Source: Parcubacteria group bacterium Gr01-1014_38 (GTDB lineage: Bacteria > Patescibacteriota > Andersenbacteria > UBA10190 > CAIZMI01). Taken from it: a stretch of DNA of 64,000 nt. The stretch lies in the NCBI GenBank assembly GCA_007376145.1, contig VMFP01000001.1:122835-186834 (forward strand), in the 5' to 3' direction. A model generated the notes under the pieces. The model saw only the letters and a list, made by a program, of their open reading frames with translations, was not told the origin of the DNA and ran no database searches. The position numbers and the translations under genes were made by a program. Shown piece by piece: positions 8,457-16,862 of this stretch (position 1 is its first letter; every line of letters begins with the position of its first letter).

Positions 8457-8686
8457 ACGCGCCGGCGGACACGCCCTGCACGCCAGTCACGGACTGCACG
8501 ACGCAGGGAGGCGCGGAGCCGCGCGGCATCTTTGTAGTCATTGAACGATTCCTCTGGGATCTCCGAGCTTAGCTCCTCGAAGACTCGCCGGGAGAGCTCC
8601 GAGAGGGAAAATCCATAGCGAAGCGCCAAGCGAGCGAGACGATCTTTCGTCTGCTTCGGGAGGTCAATCGTGAGTCTAGTGCTCAT
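8453..8686 (-). CDS. ribbon-helix-helix antitoxin (77 aa)
   Basis: Internal ATG 8686 gives MSTRLTIDLPKQTKDRLARLALRYGFSLSELSRRVFEEL (beta strand plus two helices, RHH-like). The longer ORF-track start (8848) covers the promoter and repeat region. Confidence 0.75.
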   Translation of the reverse strand: MSTRLTIDLPKQTKDRLARLALRYGFSLSELSRRVFEELSSEIPEESFNDYKDAARLRASLRRAVRDWRAGRVRRRV

Positions 8687-8694
8687 TGGAGAGG

Positions 8695-8724
8695 AGTGTA
8701 CCTTGGCTAAACATTCGGAGTCAA
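8695..8724 (-). promoter_or_regulatory. promoter of the RHH-RelE pair, apparently leaderless
   Basis: Minus strand: TTGACT (8724..8719), an 18-nt spacer, then TACACT (8700..8695). The antitoxin ATG follows 8 nt after the -10 and has no SD. Confidence 0.5.
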
Positions 8725-8734
8725 AGAGCGCGAG

Positions 8735-8834
8735 CTTCCGGAGCCGGAAGGCGAAGTGGGGCCTGCACCGCGAAGTCCCGCCGCAGGCGGGACGAAGTGG
8801 GGTACGCGCGCTTGATATCGTCGGAAGGGGCACC
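8735..8834. repeat. GC-rich hairpins plus repeated (G/A)CGAAGTGGGG motif
   Basis: CTTCCGGagCCGGAAG (8735..8750); gcgaagtgggg (8751..8761); gcgaagtccc (8770..8779); hairpin GTCCCGCCgcaGGCGGGAC (8775..8793); acgaagtggggtac (8792..8805); gaaggggcacc (8824..8834). Confidence 0.6.
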
Positions 8835-8836
8835 TC

Positions 8837-8865
8837 TTGACACCCCAAGGACAGAATAGTAATCT
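8837..8865 (+). promoter_or_regulatory. sigma70-type promoter for 8910..9200
   Basis: TTGACA (8837..8842), a 17-nt spacer, then TAATCT (8860..8865). An SD GAGGTGAGG lies upstream of ATG 8910. Confidence 0.5.
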
Positions 8866-8909
8866 TGAGATGGCATTGGTTCCTTCTTTTAAAGAGGTGA
8901 GGTGCGCTG

Positions 8910-9200
8910 ATGTTGAATCAGGAGGGTATGTCGGAGGTTGGCTCACACATCCAGAAGGCTGTTGGTCTACGGCTCCGCATTAGGCAGCTTTCCTCTCAAG
9001 AATTTGCGGAGTTCCATGATTTGATTCGGCGCATGAGCGTTGATGACCTCTGGCAATTCGTACTTCTTGTGGAGAAGTACTCAGGTGGGCCGCCTCCCGA
9101 GAGCGAGCTCGAAGCAATGAGGACCAGGGTGTGGGAAAAGCTTCGGCAACACCTAATCCAGAGTCGGCTCGAGCGCAGCGAAGAATCAGAGACTTTGTAG
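8910..9200 (+). CDS. hypothetical protein, 96 aa, opposite strand to the heat-shock operon
   Basis: ATG with an SD, its own promoter and its own strong terminator. It is more AT-rich than its neighbours by eye. No recognisable motif, only weak HTH-like resemblance in VGLRLRIRQLSSQEFAEF. Confidence 0.5.
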   Translation: MLNQEGMSEVGSHIQKAVGLRLRIRQLSSQEFAEFHDLIRRMSVDDLWQFVLLVEKYSGGPPPESELEAMRTRVWEKLRQHLIQSRLERSEESETL

Positions 9201-9212
9201 TTCCTGCTATTC

Positions 9213-9247
9213 GTGACCCAGAAGGGATCATCTGGGTCACTTTTTCT
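9213..9247 (+). terminator. intrinsic terminator of 8910..9200, overlapping the dnaK stop codon
   Basis: GTGACCCAGA-agggatca-TCTGGGTCAC (perfect 10-bp stem) followed by TTTTTCT. The dnaK stop (9237..9239) lies inside the 3' arm. Confidence 0.78.
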
Positions 9248-11108
9248 CTGCCTCTCCCTCGACGGTCTTTCCGCCAGCGGGTTCTTGAACTGGCTGTTGC
9301 GCAGCCTGCTGCTGATACATCGCAGCTCCGATCTTCATGACCGTCTGGTTTAGGTCTTCGATGGCTTTCTTGAGCGCGGGGGTGTCTTCGCCTTTCTGCG
9401 AGGACTGCACAGCCTCGAGCTTTCCTTCAATCTCCTTCTTCACGTCGGCCGGCACTTTGTCGCCCATTTCCCGGAGAGTCTTTTCCGTCTGGTACACCAT
9501 CGCTTCCGCTTGATTACGGGTTTCGATCGCTTCCTTCTTCTTCTGGTCTTCCTCCGCATGCGCGGCCGCATCCCGCGTCAGACGCTCGACTTCGTCCTTC
9601 GAAAGGCCGGAAGACCCTTGGACGGTAATTTTCTGCTCCCGGCTCGTGGCCTTGTCCTTTGCGGAGACGGTCAGGATCCCGTTCGCGTCAATGTCAAAGG
9701 AGACCTCGATCTGGGGGACGCCGCGCGGCGCGGGCGGAATGCCGTCGAGGATGAATCGCCCCAGACTCTTGTTATCGGCAGCCATCTCGCGCTCTCCCTG
9801 GAGGACGTTGATTTCCACCTGCGGCTGGCTGTCGGACGCCGTCGAGAAGACTTGTGACTTCCGCGTCGGCACCGTCGTGTTCTTCGCAATGAGCGGGGTG
9901 CGAACGCTCCCGAGCGTTTCGAGGCCCAGCGTGAGTGGTGTCACGTCGAGGAGGAGGACGTCCTTCACGTCGCCCTGGAGAATCCCGCCCTGGATCGCGG
10001 CGCCGACCGCGACGACTTCATCCGGGTTTACGTCCTTATGCGCCTTTTTTCCAAACAAGCCTTCGACGGCCTCGATCACCTTCGGCATGCGGATTTGGCC
10101 GCCGACGAGGACCACTTCGTCGATATCCTTCGGCTCCAGTTTGGCTTCCGCCAGTGCTTCTTTCGTGAGCGCGATGGTGCGGTCCACGTATTCGCCGACG
10201 AGCTCTTCGAGCTTCGCGCGGGTGAGCTTTAGGAGGAGGTGCTTCGGGCCGGAGGCATCGGTGGTGATGAATGGCTGGTTGATCTCCGTTTCCGACACTG
10301 TGGAGAGCTCGATCTTCGCCTTCTCCGCGGCTTCCTTGAGGCGCTGGAGCGCGATGGGATCCTTGCTCAAGTCGATGCCGTACTGCTTCAGGAACTCACC
10401 TGTCATCCAGTCAATAATCTTCTGGTCAAAGTCGTCTCCGCCGAGGTGCGTATCCCCGTGCGTGGCTTTCACTTCGATGGTTTCCGGAGCGACCTCCAGG
10501 ATGGAGAGGTCGAACGTTCCGCCGCCCAGGTCGTATACGACGATCCGTTCTTCTTTCTTCTTCTCGAGCCCATAGGCCAAGGCAGCCGCCGTCGGTTCGT
10601 TCAGGATGCGGCGGACGTTGAACCCGGCAATCGTGCCGGCATCTTTCGTCGCCTTACGCTGGGAGTCGTCGAAGTACGCGGGGACGGTGATGACGGCATC
10701 GGTGATGTTCTCGCCAAGTTTCTCCTCTGCATCGGCCTTGAGCTTCTGCAAGACCATGGCGGAGATTTCCGCCGGCTTATACCACTGGTCCCCCATATTC
10801 ACCTCGACGCCGCCCTCCGCACTCTCGCGGATATCAAACGGCAGGAGGTCTTGGTCGCGCTGGATTTCGGGGTCGGAGAACCGCCGGCCGATGAGTCGCT
10901 TAATGGAGTAAAGTGTGTGTTCGGGGTTCGTCACCGCTTGGCGTTTCGCCGTAATGCCGACGTGACGATCGCCGGTCTTCGCGATTGCAACGACGGACGG
11001 AGTTGTCCGCGCTCCCTCGCGATTTTCGAGAACGCGCGGCTTGCCACCTTCGATGATGGCCATACAGGAGTTCGTCGTTCCGAGGTCGATTCCAAGAATC
11101 TTGGGCAT
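9237..11108 (-). CDS. dnaK: molecular chaperone DnaK (Hsp70)
   Basis: [22 protein letters not shown]..., [20 protein letters not shown]; full-length 623 aa. Confidence 0.98.
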   Translation of the reverse strand: MPKILGIDLGTTNSCMAIIEGGKPRVLENREGARTTPSVVAIAKTGDRHVGITAKRQAVTNPEHTLYSIKRLIGRRFSDPEIQRDQDLLPFDIRESAEGGVEVNMGDQWYKPAEISAMVLQKLKADAEEKLGENITDAVITVPAYFDDSQRKATKDAGTIAGFNVRRILNEPTAAALAYGLEKKKEERIVVYDLGGGTFDLSILEVAPETIEVKATHGDTHLGGDDFDQKIIDWMTGEFLKQYGIDLSKDPIALQRLKEAAEKAKIELSTVSETEINQPFITTDASGPKHLLLKLTRAKLEELVGEYVDRTIALTKEALAEAKLEPKDIDEVVLVGGQIRMPKVIEAVEGLFGKKAHKDVNPDEVVAVGAAIQGGILQGDVKDVLLLDVTPLTLGLETLGSVRTPLIAKNTTVPTRKSQVFSTASDSQPQVEINVLQGEREMAADNKSLGRFILDGIPPAPRGVPQIEVSFDIDANGILTVSAKDKATSREQKITVQGSSGLSKDEVERLTRDAAAHAEEDQKKKEAIETRNQAEAMVYQTEKTLREMGDKVPADVKKEIEGKLEAVQSSQKGEDTPALKKAIEDLNQTVMKIGAAMYQQQAAQQPVQEPAGGKTVEGEAEKK

Positions 11109-11158
11109 GAGTGTGAAGCGTAGGAGTGAGAGGATGAGTGCTCAGACGCGAGCTGGTC

Positions 11159-11671
11159 TCACGTCTCAGAACTCTTTGAAACCTTTACGCGCGCTGCCCG
11201 CAAGACCTGACCATTCCGCAGATACCCGGCCGCAAGCACTTCCGTAATCGTGCCAGCGGAAAGATGGGATGGCTCTTCCGCGACTGCCTCGTGAAGCTTC
11301 GGATCGAACGGCGACCCGACCTCACCAGTGGCAGTCACTCCGGCCTCTTGGAGGAACGAACGAAAGGCTTGGTAGATCTGGACGATACCCGTGGTCCACG
11401 GATGGGATTTGAGTTCCTCCGGGGTGTGGCGCATTGCTGCCTCAAAGTAGTCCAGAAGAGAAATCAAGTCCTTGAGGACGCTATCTTGCGCTGCATCGGA
11501 GGCATGTGCAAGACGGTCTTCCAGATCCTTCCGCAGGTTCTCGTAGTCCGCGAGTGCCCGCTGCCAGCCGGCAAGATGCTCGGAGGCGGCAGCTTCTGCC
11601 GCTGCCAGTCGGGGATCCGTGTTCGTTCGGTGGACGGTTCCCGCTGGGAGACCGCGGAGCGGAGCCGGCAT
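11159..11671 (-). CDS. grpE: nucleotide exchange factor GrpE
   Basis: ALADYENLRKDLEDR ... GTITEVLAAGYLRNGQVLRAARVKV is a GrpE-type coiled coil plus beta domain. It sits between hrcA and dnaK. Confidence 0.9.
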   Translation of the reverse strand: MPAPLRGLPAGTVHRTNTDPRLAAAEAAASEHLAGWQRALADYENLRKDLEDRLAHASDAAQDSVLKDLISLLDYFEAAMRHTPEELKSHPWTTGIVQIYQAFRSFLQEAGVTATGEVGSPFDPKLHEAVAEEPSHLSAGTITEVLAAGYLRNGQVLRAARVKVSKSSET

Positions 11672-12387
11672 CAGAGAGACCGGAGGGTATGGACTGCGCG
11701 GAGAATCCGCATGTTTCTCGTGTACGGCATGCGGAGGGGCCCGATGAGTGCCGCAAGCAGCTGGAGTCCGGTGGGCAGCATCGGCGCTGTCACGAGCATG
11801 CTGACATGCTCCGCCCGTGCGACTGGATTCTCTCCATCGATAAAGACGGTCGGTTGCCCATCGGCCACGTGGGCCATCAATGTCTCACTGTGTTCCTCGA
11901 ATGCCTGGAGGACACGCTCCAGATCGTGGGCCGTCTCCCCGTCGGTGAGTTCACGCATGCGGAAGAGATTGGCCAACCCGGCTGGCTCCCGGACCACTGC
12001 CTCCGGAAGTATCGCCACCACCGCCAACGTCCCCGAGAGACGCGCGAGCAGCTGCGCCAGTTCGCGGGCGAGTGCGGCTTCCTGACTCGGATCAACGGCC
12101 GGTGCGAACCGGCGAAGCGCGGCAACGGCGGCTGGCGACGGAGCGCGGGCTCCCGCGTGATCCACGTAGTAGCGATACCCCAAGCGCGTTGGGACGCGTC
12201 CAGAAGACCGATGCGGATGTTCCAGAAACCCTTCGTCTTCGAGTTGAGCAAATTCGGCGCGGACGGTCGCGGAACTCCAGGGAAGGCGTACCCGTTCCAG
12301 CAGAGCTTCTGACCCAACCGGAATCCCCGTCCGGATGTACTCCCGAACGGCGGTGCAGAGAAGCGTGGATTGTCGGTCCGTGAGCAT
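11671..12387 (-). CDS. hrcA: heat-inducible repressor HrcA, short form (238 aa)
   Basis: ATG 12387 gives MLTDRQSTLLCTAVREYIRTGIPVGSEALLERV...TVRAEFAQLEDEGFLEHPHRSSGRVPT.LGYRYYVDH, the HrcA winged-helix N-terminus. CIRCE lies 3 nt upstream, so the ORF-track start at 12477 is rejected. Confidence 0.88.
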   Translation of the reverse strand: MLTDRQSTLLCTAVREYIRTGIPVGSEALLERVRLPWSSATVRAEFAQLEDEGFLEHPHRSSGRVPTRLGYRYYVDHAGARAPSPAAVAALRRFAPAVDPSQEAALARELAQLLARLSGTLAVVAILPEAVVREPAGLANLFRMRELTDGETAHDLERVLQAFEEHSETLMAHVADGQPTVFIDGENPVARAEHVSMLVTAPMLPTGLQLLAALIGPLRMPYTRNMRILRAVHTLRSL

Positions 12388-12389
12388 GT

Positions 12390-12416
12390 TTAGCACTCTC
12401 GCGCTTTGAGTGCTAA
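12390..12416 (-). promoter_or_regulatory. CIRCE operator (HrcA binding site), perfect consensus
   Basis: TTAGCACTC-tcgcgcttt-GAGTGCTAA, i.e. TTAGCACTC-N9-GAGTGCTAA with no mismatch. Confidence 0.95.
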
Positions 12417-12417
12417 A

Positions 12418-12447
12418 AGTATGCGCCCCCGCTCTTGCCGTTGTCAA
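12418..12447 (-). promoter_or_regulatory. promoter of the hrcA-grpE-dnaK operon
   Basis: Minus strand: TTGACA (12447..12442), an 18-nt spacer, then CATACT (12423..12418), abutting CIRCE. Confidence 0.6.
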
Positions 12448-12475
12448 GGGTTGTTTGCTACGGTGAAGGGCTTCC

Positions 12476-13027
12476 ATGAATCAAACACGTCTCACAATCA
12501 TCCTCTCCGGCCTTGCGATCGTCGTGGTCGCAGCCGCTGCCGGGTACGGACTCGGAATGCTGGCGGAAAAGCGGGTCGCTCCAGAAGCGCCGCGCACCCC
12601 GGAAGCTACCGCATTGCCGTCTCCCAGTCCTTCCCTTCCCTTACCCAGTCTGACTCCGACCGCGTCGCCCCTCCCCGCTTCTCCGCGGGTTCCCGCCGCC
12701 GCCCCCACCGGGCCGGACCAAGGACCCCCAGAGCCGGTATTCCGCGTGGTGATCGAACCCTTCCCCACGGTCGTGCGGGCCGGAACCCCGCTGCGTGTCC
12801 GCTGGCAGATTCACGGACCCGCCGGGCTCCAAGGCGCCGCCACGAGACTCGTCGTGGTTCCGGAACAAGGGTCACCGGTGGTCAGTGCAGTCGCGCCCTC
12901 CGCTCTCTTCCCCGCGCGCTTCGAGGCGACGGTGACGGCCCCGGATCGCGGTCGCATGCTGCTCGTCGCCGAAGCCACGGCAAATGGTCAAACGGTGCAC
13001 GCCAAGCAGCGCGTCGTGGTTGAATAA
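12476..13027 (+). CDS. hypothetical membrane-anchored protein with a Pro-rich linker (183 aa)
   Basis: ATG 12476; TM segment LTIILSGLAIVVVAAAAGYGLGML; P/S/A-rich linker; C-terminal beta-rich domain. Confidence 0.62.
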   Translation: MNQTRLTIILSGLAIVVVAAAAGYGLGMLAEKRVAPEAPRTPEATALPSPSPSLPLPSLTPTASPLPASPRVPAAAPTGPDQGPPEPVFRVVIEPFPTVVRAGTPLRVRWQIHGPAGLQGAATRLVVVPEQGSPVVSAVAPSALFPARFEATVTAPDRGRMLLVAEATANGQTVHAKQRVVVE

Positions 13028-13153
13028 GTAACCCCCACAACGCGTAAGCGGCACGAGGGCGCTCCTCGCTTTCCTCGCTCGCCCCACCATGATGGACCCT
13101 CTGCGGTGGACGTGCCGGTGACTGGCATGGTAGTGTGATCGCGCGTCCACCGT

Positions 13154-14452
13154 ATGGGGTCCATCACACGCTCAATGCAGACGCCGCCAATACAGCCGGT
13201 CCCTCCACAGGAAGGAGGAGGAAAGAAGAAAAATCTTTTGATGCTCGTGGTTGTGGCCACGATGGTGGGGGTGGCTTCTGTGTTGTTTCTTCTCACCATT
13301 CGCATACAACAAGGGGATGGAGGACTTCCGGAGAGAACTTCCGAGGAAGTTGGGCAGCCATCAACGATGATGCCGCAGTCTCAAGTAATCCCCCCGCAGG
13401 CGACCGGACAGAGGACAAGAGTTATCTACGCAACGTACGAGGACCCAAACGTGAATATTTACTCTGCCCTGCCAGACGGCTCTGACCGGAAGATCGTAGT
13501 TTCCGAAAAGCCGCCGGCGTTCCAGTCCGGTCTCGAGGCCATGCTCCGGTTGAGGGTTTCGCCACGACGCGATCTCCTTGCCTACGCACTCTATCCCAGA
13601 GACACCATTTCAATTGTCAACACTACTGGTGAGCGCCTCCGTACCGTACGCGGCGATTTCCAGTCCTTTGGGTGGTCGCCTGATGGGGAAAACTTTCTGT
13701 ATAATCTACAGCTTCCGTCGTCTTCATCGGATACGGGGGGCGTATCTCTGCAAGGGCCTGCTCGAGAATGGTATCTTCTCAATGCGGGAACCGGAGAGGA
13801 AAGTCTCCTTGCTTCACGCGATGTTCACCGCGACGAGCTTATCGCATGGGCGGAACGCGAAAAAGTTTTGTTCGCCGATCACGTCCTGGGAAGTAAAAGC
13901 TATTACCTCTTTGACGTGAACAAGAAAGAATCATCTCCGCTGCCCAATGTTGAACAGTGGATGGACATGAGGAAAGTTTCTGTAAGCCCATCAGGTAGAC
14001 GGCGAGTACTATTTGCAGTACCCAGTCCCATCGGTCGTAGCGGCGGGTTGTGTGAATTTCTTGAGTTTGGAGAGGAATGGCAGTTCAAGCAACTCCTGTT
14101 TTCAGAGAGGTGCCAGTCGGGGAGCCTCTACGGCGATCTCGGGTGGAACGGAGACGACGAGTTGTTTTATACGGAAGCAACGACGGAGCCACCACAGGGG
14201 TTAAGTCTTGTCAACGACTCGATCAATAAATATGATTTTCGGACGAGACAGCGAAAGCCAGTTCTCTCGCGTGCAGGACGAGAAAGGTATCAGCTAGCGG
14301 GAGTGCTGGAAGGACAAGGGCTCCTCGTTTTGAAGAGGGTCATCGGGAACCCGGAGTACGTATTAGAGGTTCGCAGTTTTGATGGTCGTGAGCCCGTGAC
14401 TATTCATTCGAGTAATCAGGAGGGTATGATTGTTGATTGGGTGCGAGAATAG
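13154..14452 (+). CDS. hypothetical membrane-anchored TolB/PD40-like beta-propeller protein (432 aa)
   Basis: TM segment LLMLVVVATMVGVASVLFLL, then repeats containing SPDGE, SPSGRR and LPDGSDRK (PD40-like). More AT-rich than its neighbours by eye. Confidence 0.68.
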   Translation: MGSITRSMQTPPIQPVPPQEGGGKKKNLLMLVVVATMVGVASVLFLLTIRIQQGDGGLPERTSEEVGQPSTMMPQSQVIPPQATGQRTRVIYATYEDPNVNIYSALPDGSDRKIVVSEKPPAFQSGLEAMLRLRVSPRRDLLAYALYPRDTISIVNTTGERLRTVRGDFQSFGWSPDGENFLYNLQLPSSSSDTGGVSLQGPAREWYLLNAGTGEESLLASRDVHRDELIAWAEREKVLFADHVLGSKSYYLFDVNKKESSPLPNVEQWMDMRKVSVSPSGRRRVLFAVPSPIGRSGGLCEFLEFGEEWQFKQLLFSERCQSGSLYGDLGWNGDDELFYTEATTEPPQGLSLVNDSINKYDFRTRQRKPVLSRAGRERYQLAGVLEGQGLLVLKRVIGNPEYVLEVRSFDGREPVTIHSSNQEGMIVDWVRE

Positions 14453-14538
14453 AACGAGCGATTTCAACGTGACACATCCCCGACTTGGGGTTACGTTGAA
14501 TAGTTGGGGGCGTTCCGCGTTGGTCGGCGGAGGGAACG

Positions 14539-15699
14539 TCAGCGTCTGAAGACCAGATAGAGACGGTTTGCGTGAACCGGATCTGCCACGACGAAGCGGA
14601 GGGAGGCGCGGAGCGGCGTGTCGAGCGCGCGCCAGGTGTTGCCGTCATCGGTTGAGGAGAACAGTACGGAGCCGGACGCCGCCCAGAGTGTCCCGTTCGG
14701 ACTCTGGGCGATGCTGACGACTGGCGTCCGGACCGTTCCGGATGATGGAAGCTTCAGCTTCGTCCATGTGTCGCCGTCATCATCGGAACGGTAGAGCGCG
14801 GATTGCGTTCCGACGAGCATTGGCGTTCGCCCTTCGACGGGTTTCAGAAAGAGCACCGCATGCGCCGGATCCCGCGGCTCGCCGAACCCAACCGGGAGGA
14901 GTCCAGGGTCATCGCGTTCTCTCTGGTCTCGTGTTCGGCCCAGCCGCACGAGATCCCCACTCGTCCCGCCATCGGATGAACGCACCAAGCTTCCGTCCGT
15001 CAAGCGGATGAGGAGCAGCGCTCCGGCGGCGGGGGACACTTTCAAGCCCGTAATGCCCTGTTGGAAGGAGCGGCGTGTCTGCCAGTGAATGCCTCCGTCG
15101 GTCGAGACGAGGAGTGCGCCCGTGCTCGTTCCCGCGTACACGACTTCCGGAGAGCGAGCATCGTGTGCCACCACCGTGACCATGGCACGTACCTCGCGTC
15201 GCCGTCGGACGAGTGCTCCCACCTCCACCGTGGCCGTTGGGGCGGTGAACACTTCCGCCCAGGTTTCCCCTGCGTCGAGCGACTTCCAGATTTTTCCGCG
15301 CTGATTCGGAGCAGGTGCCGCGCCGGCCGCGAGGAGAATGCGGGGATTCCGGGGGTGGACGCTCACGCCGTGGACTTCTCCCGCGGGAATCGCGAGACGC
15401 TCCCAGCGGTCCCCCGCCGATGTCGTGCGGAACAAACCTTCGTCTGCCGCGAGATAGAGCGTGTCTGGAGCGACGCGAGCCGATTCTACGTGGCGCGGCC
15501 GAACGGCGGAGAGGTTTCCGCCGTCAGCGAGGAGGACCTTCTGAAAAAAGGTGATGCCCCCGTCGTCCGACCGATAGATGCCGCCGGGAGGAAGGGGGGA
15601 TGCTTGTGGGCCGGATTCCCGCACGCATCCTGCGCCGACGAACGGAAATGCTCCAAGGAGCACTATCAGACGGATCAATCCTTGACGGGTCGTCCACAT
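14539..15699 (-). CDS. BNR/Asp-box repeat protein with N-terminal signal (386 aa)
   Basis: ATG 15699 (MWTTRQGLIRLIVLLGAFPFVGAGC). Six S-x-D-x-G-x-T-W/F type Asp boxes (SDDGGITF, SLDAGETW, STDGGIHW, SSDGGTSG, SDDDGDTW, STDDGNTW). The ORF-track start at 16194 overlaps the divergent CorA-like gene and is rejected. Confidence 0.8.
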   Translation of the reverse strand: MWTTRQGLIRLIVLLGAFPFVGAGCVRESGPQASPLPPGGIYRSDDGGITFFQKVLLADGGNLSAVRPRHVESARVAPDTLYLAADEGLFRTTSAGDRWERLAIPAGEVHGVSVHPRNPRILLAAGAAPAPNQRGKIWKSLDAGETWAEVFTAPTATVEVGALVRRRREVRAMVTVVAHDARSPEVVYAGTSTGALLVSTDGGIHWQTRRSFQQGITGLKVSPAAGALLLIRLTDGSLVRSSDGGTSGDLVRLGRTRDQRERDDPGLLPVGFGEPRDPAHAVLFLKPVEGRTPMLVGTQSALYRSDDDGDTWTKLKLPSSGTVRTPVVSIAQSPNGTLWAASGSVLFSSTDDGNTWRALDTPLRASLRFVVADPVHANRLYLVFRR

Positions 15700-15741
15700 G
15701 CCACCATCCAGCTTCTCGCAAACTGGCTCTCTTGAAAACCC

Positions 15742-16815
15742 ATGGAACGAGGAGGTCTTTTTATGCGACGTTCTGAAGGGTTGCGCCCGCTCTTTGCCGT
15801 CGTCGCGGATTTTCATCTCCGGACGCCGGCCGAAGAAGCGTACGAGCGCTTTCGAGGGCATGTTCTTTCTTTTGCCATGGTTCCTGAAAGATTCTATGCT
15901 GACGATATGCGGAGGGAAATTTCCACCGGAGAGCTCCGCTGGATTCATATCACGGATCCGAAGGAAGGCGATCTCCAGTTCCTTCGCGAGGAACTCGGCT
16001 TTCATGCGCTGGACGTTGAGGAATGCCGCCGTCCCAGCCTCCGCCCAAAAGTGGAATCGCACCCCGAGTACCTGTTTCTCGTCGTCCATGCCCCGACGCA
16101 CCTGCGCGAGGAACGTGCCACCCTCCCTGCCGAGTTCGATGTCTTCGTTACCCCAAACACCCTCGTCACGGTTCACGCCGCTTCTGCGTCGCACCTGGAT
16201 GGGTTCTTCCGCGACGTCTCAACAAACGACGACCTGAAAACGCGCGTCGTCGGACGCGATACGGCGTACCTTCTTTACCGCATCCTCGACCACCTGTTCG
16301 AGACGGCCTTTCCCATGCTCGACCACATCACGGAGCACCTGACAGAGGTGGAGAAAAAGATTTTCACCGGCCACGAGCGGCAGATGGTTTCCGAGCTTTC
16401 GCTGATTCAGAGGGATCTCACAGGATTTCGGAGTATTGTGCGTCCCCAGCGGCACCTGTACGAAGCTGGGACGCTCCACGGCAGTTGGAATTCCCCCGCC
16501 GTCGCGGTCGTCTTCCGAAGCGTGCACGGAAAACTGACGCGCTTGTGGGACCACCTGGAAACTTTGTGGGAGCGCGCTGAAGCGCTCGCGGAGACCAACG
16601 CCGTGCTCGTGAACTACAAGCTCAATGAGTTTGTAAAAATCCTCACGGTCCTCGGCGCCTTCTTTATCCCGCTCGGTCTCATTGGACAGACGGCGGTCTT
16701 CATCCACGGCGGAATTCCCTTGCTGAATCGCCTTGTGTTCTTGGGCATCATCTGCGTCATGCTGCTCGTGGTCTACGTGGTGTTGTGGAACGCCAAGAAA
16801 CGGAAAATTCTCTAG
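15742..16815 (+). CDS. CorA-like divalent cation transporter family protein, GMN motif absent
   Basis: N-terminal WIHITDP...ELGFHALDVEEC..PKVE...YLFLVVH and two C-terminal TM helices fit CorA architecture. The true start is uncertain (in-frame Met codons at 15763, 15877 and 15907). Confidence 0.78.
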   Translation: MERGGLFMRRSEGLRPLFAVVADFHLRTPAEEAYERFRGHVLSFAMVPERFYADDMRREISTGELRWIHITDPKEGDLQFLREELGFHALDVEECRRPSLRPKVESHPEYLFLVVHAPTHLREERATLPAEFDVFVTPNTLVTVHAASASHLDGFFRDVSTNDDLKTRVVGRDTAYLLYRILDHLFETAFPMLDHITEHLTEVEKKIFTGHERQMVSELSLIQRDLTGFRSIVRPQRHLYEAGTLHGSWNSPAVAVVFRSVHGKLTRLWDHLETLWERAEALAETNAVLVNYKLNEFVKILTVLGAFFIPLGLIGQTAVFIHGGIPLLNRLVFLGIICVMLLVVYVVLWNAKKRKIL

Positions 16816-16862
16816 CCGCTCGCGCCGAGGTTGCCGCATGGGTCTCCCGCGCGCTCGGCGGC

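Noticed and set aside
9510-11123. Several 100-300-aa plus-strand ORFs inside dnaK (9510..9857, 9646..10575, 10239..11123)
   Set aside because: They are antisense to a full-length, canonical Hsp70 gene and have low-complexity Ser/Arg-rich products.
14539-16194. Long N-terminal extensions proposed by the ORF track for several genes (14539..16194, 1633..2046, 8453..8848, 11671..12477, 37161..37706, 50042..51547, 51298..52689)
   Set aside because: The extensions overlap neighbouring genes, promoters or CIRCE, and are Arg-rich low-complexity sequence. Internal starts give canonical family N-termini and tidy ATGA/TGATG junctions.
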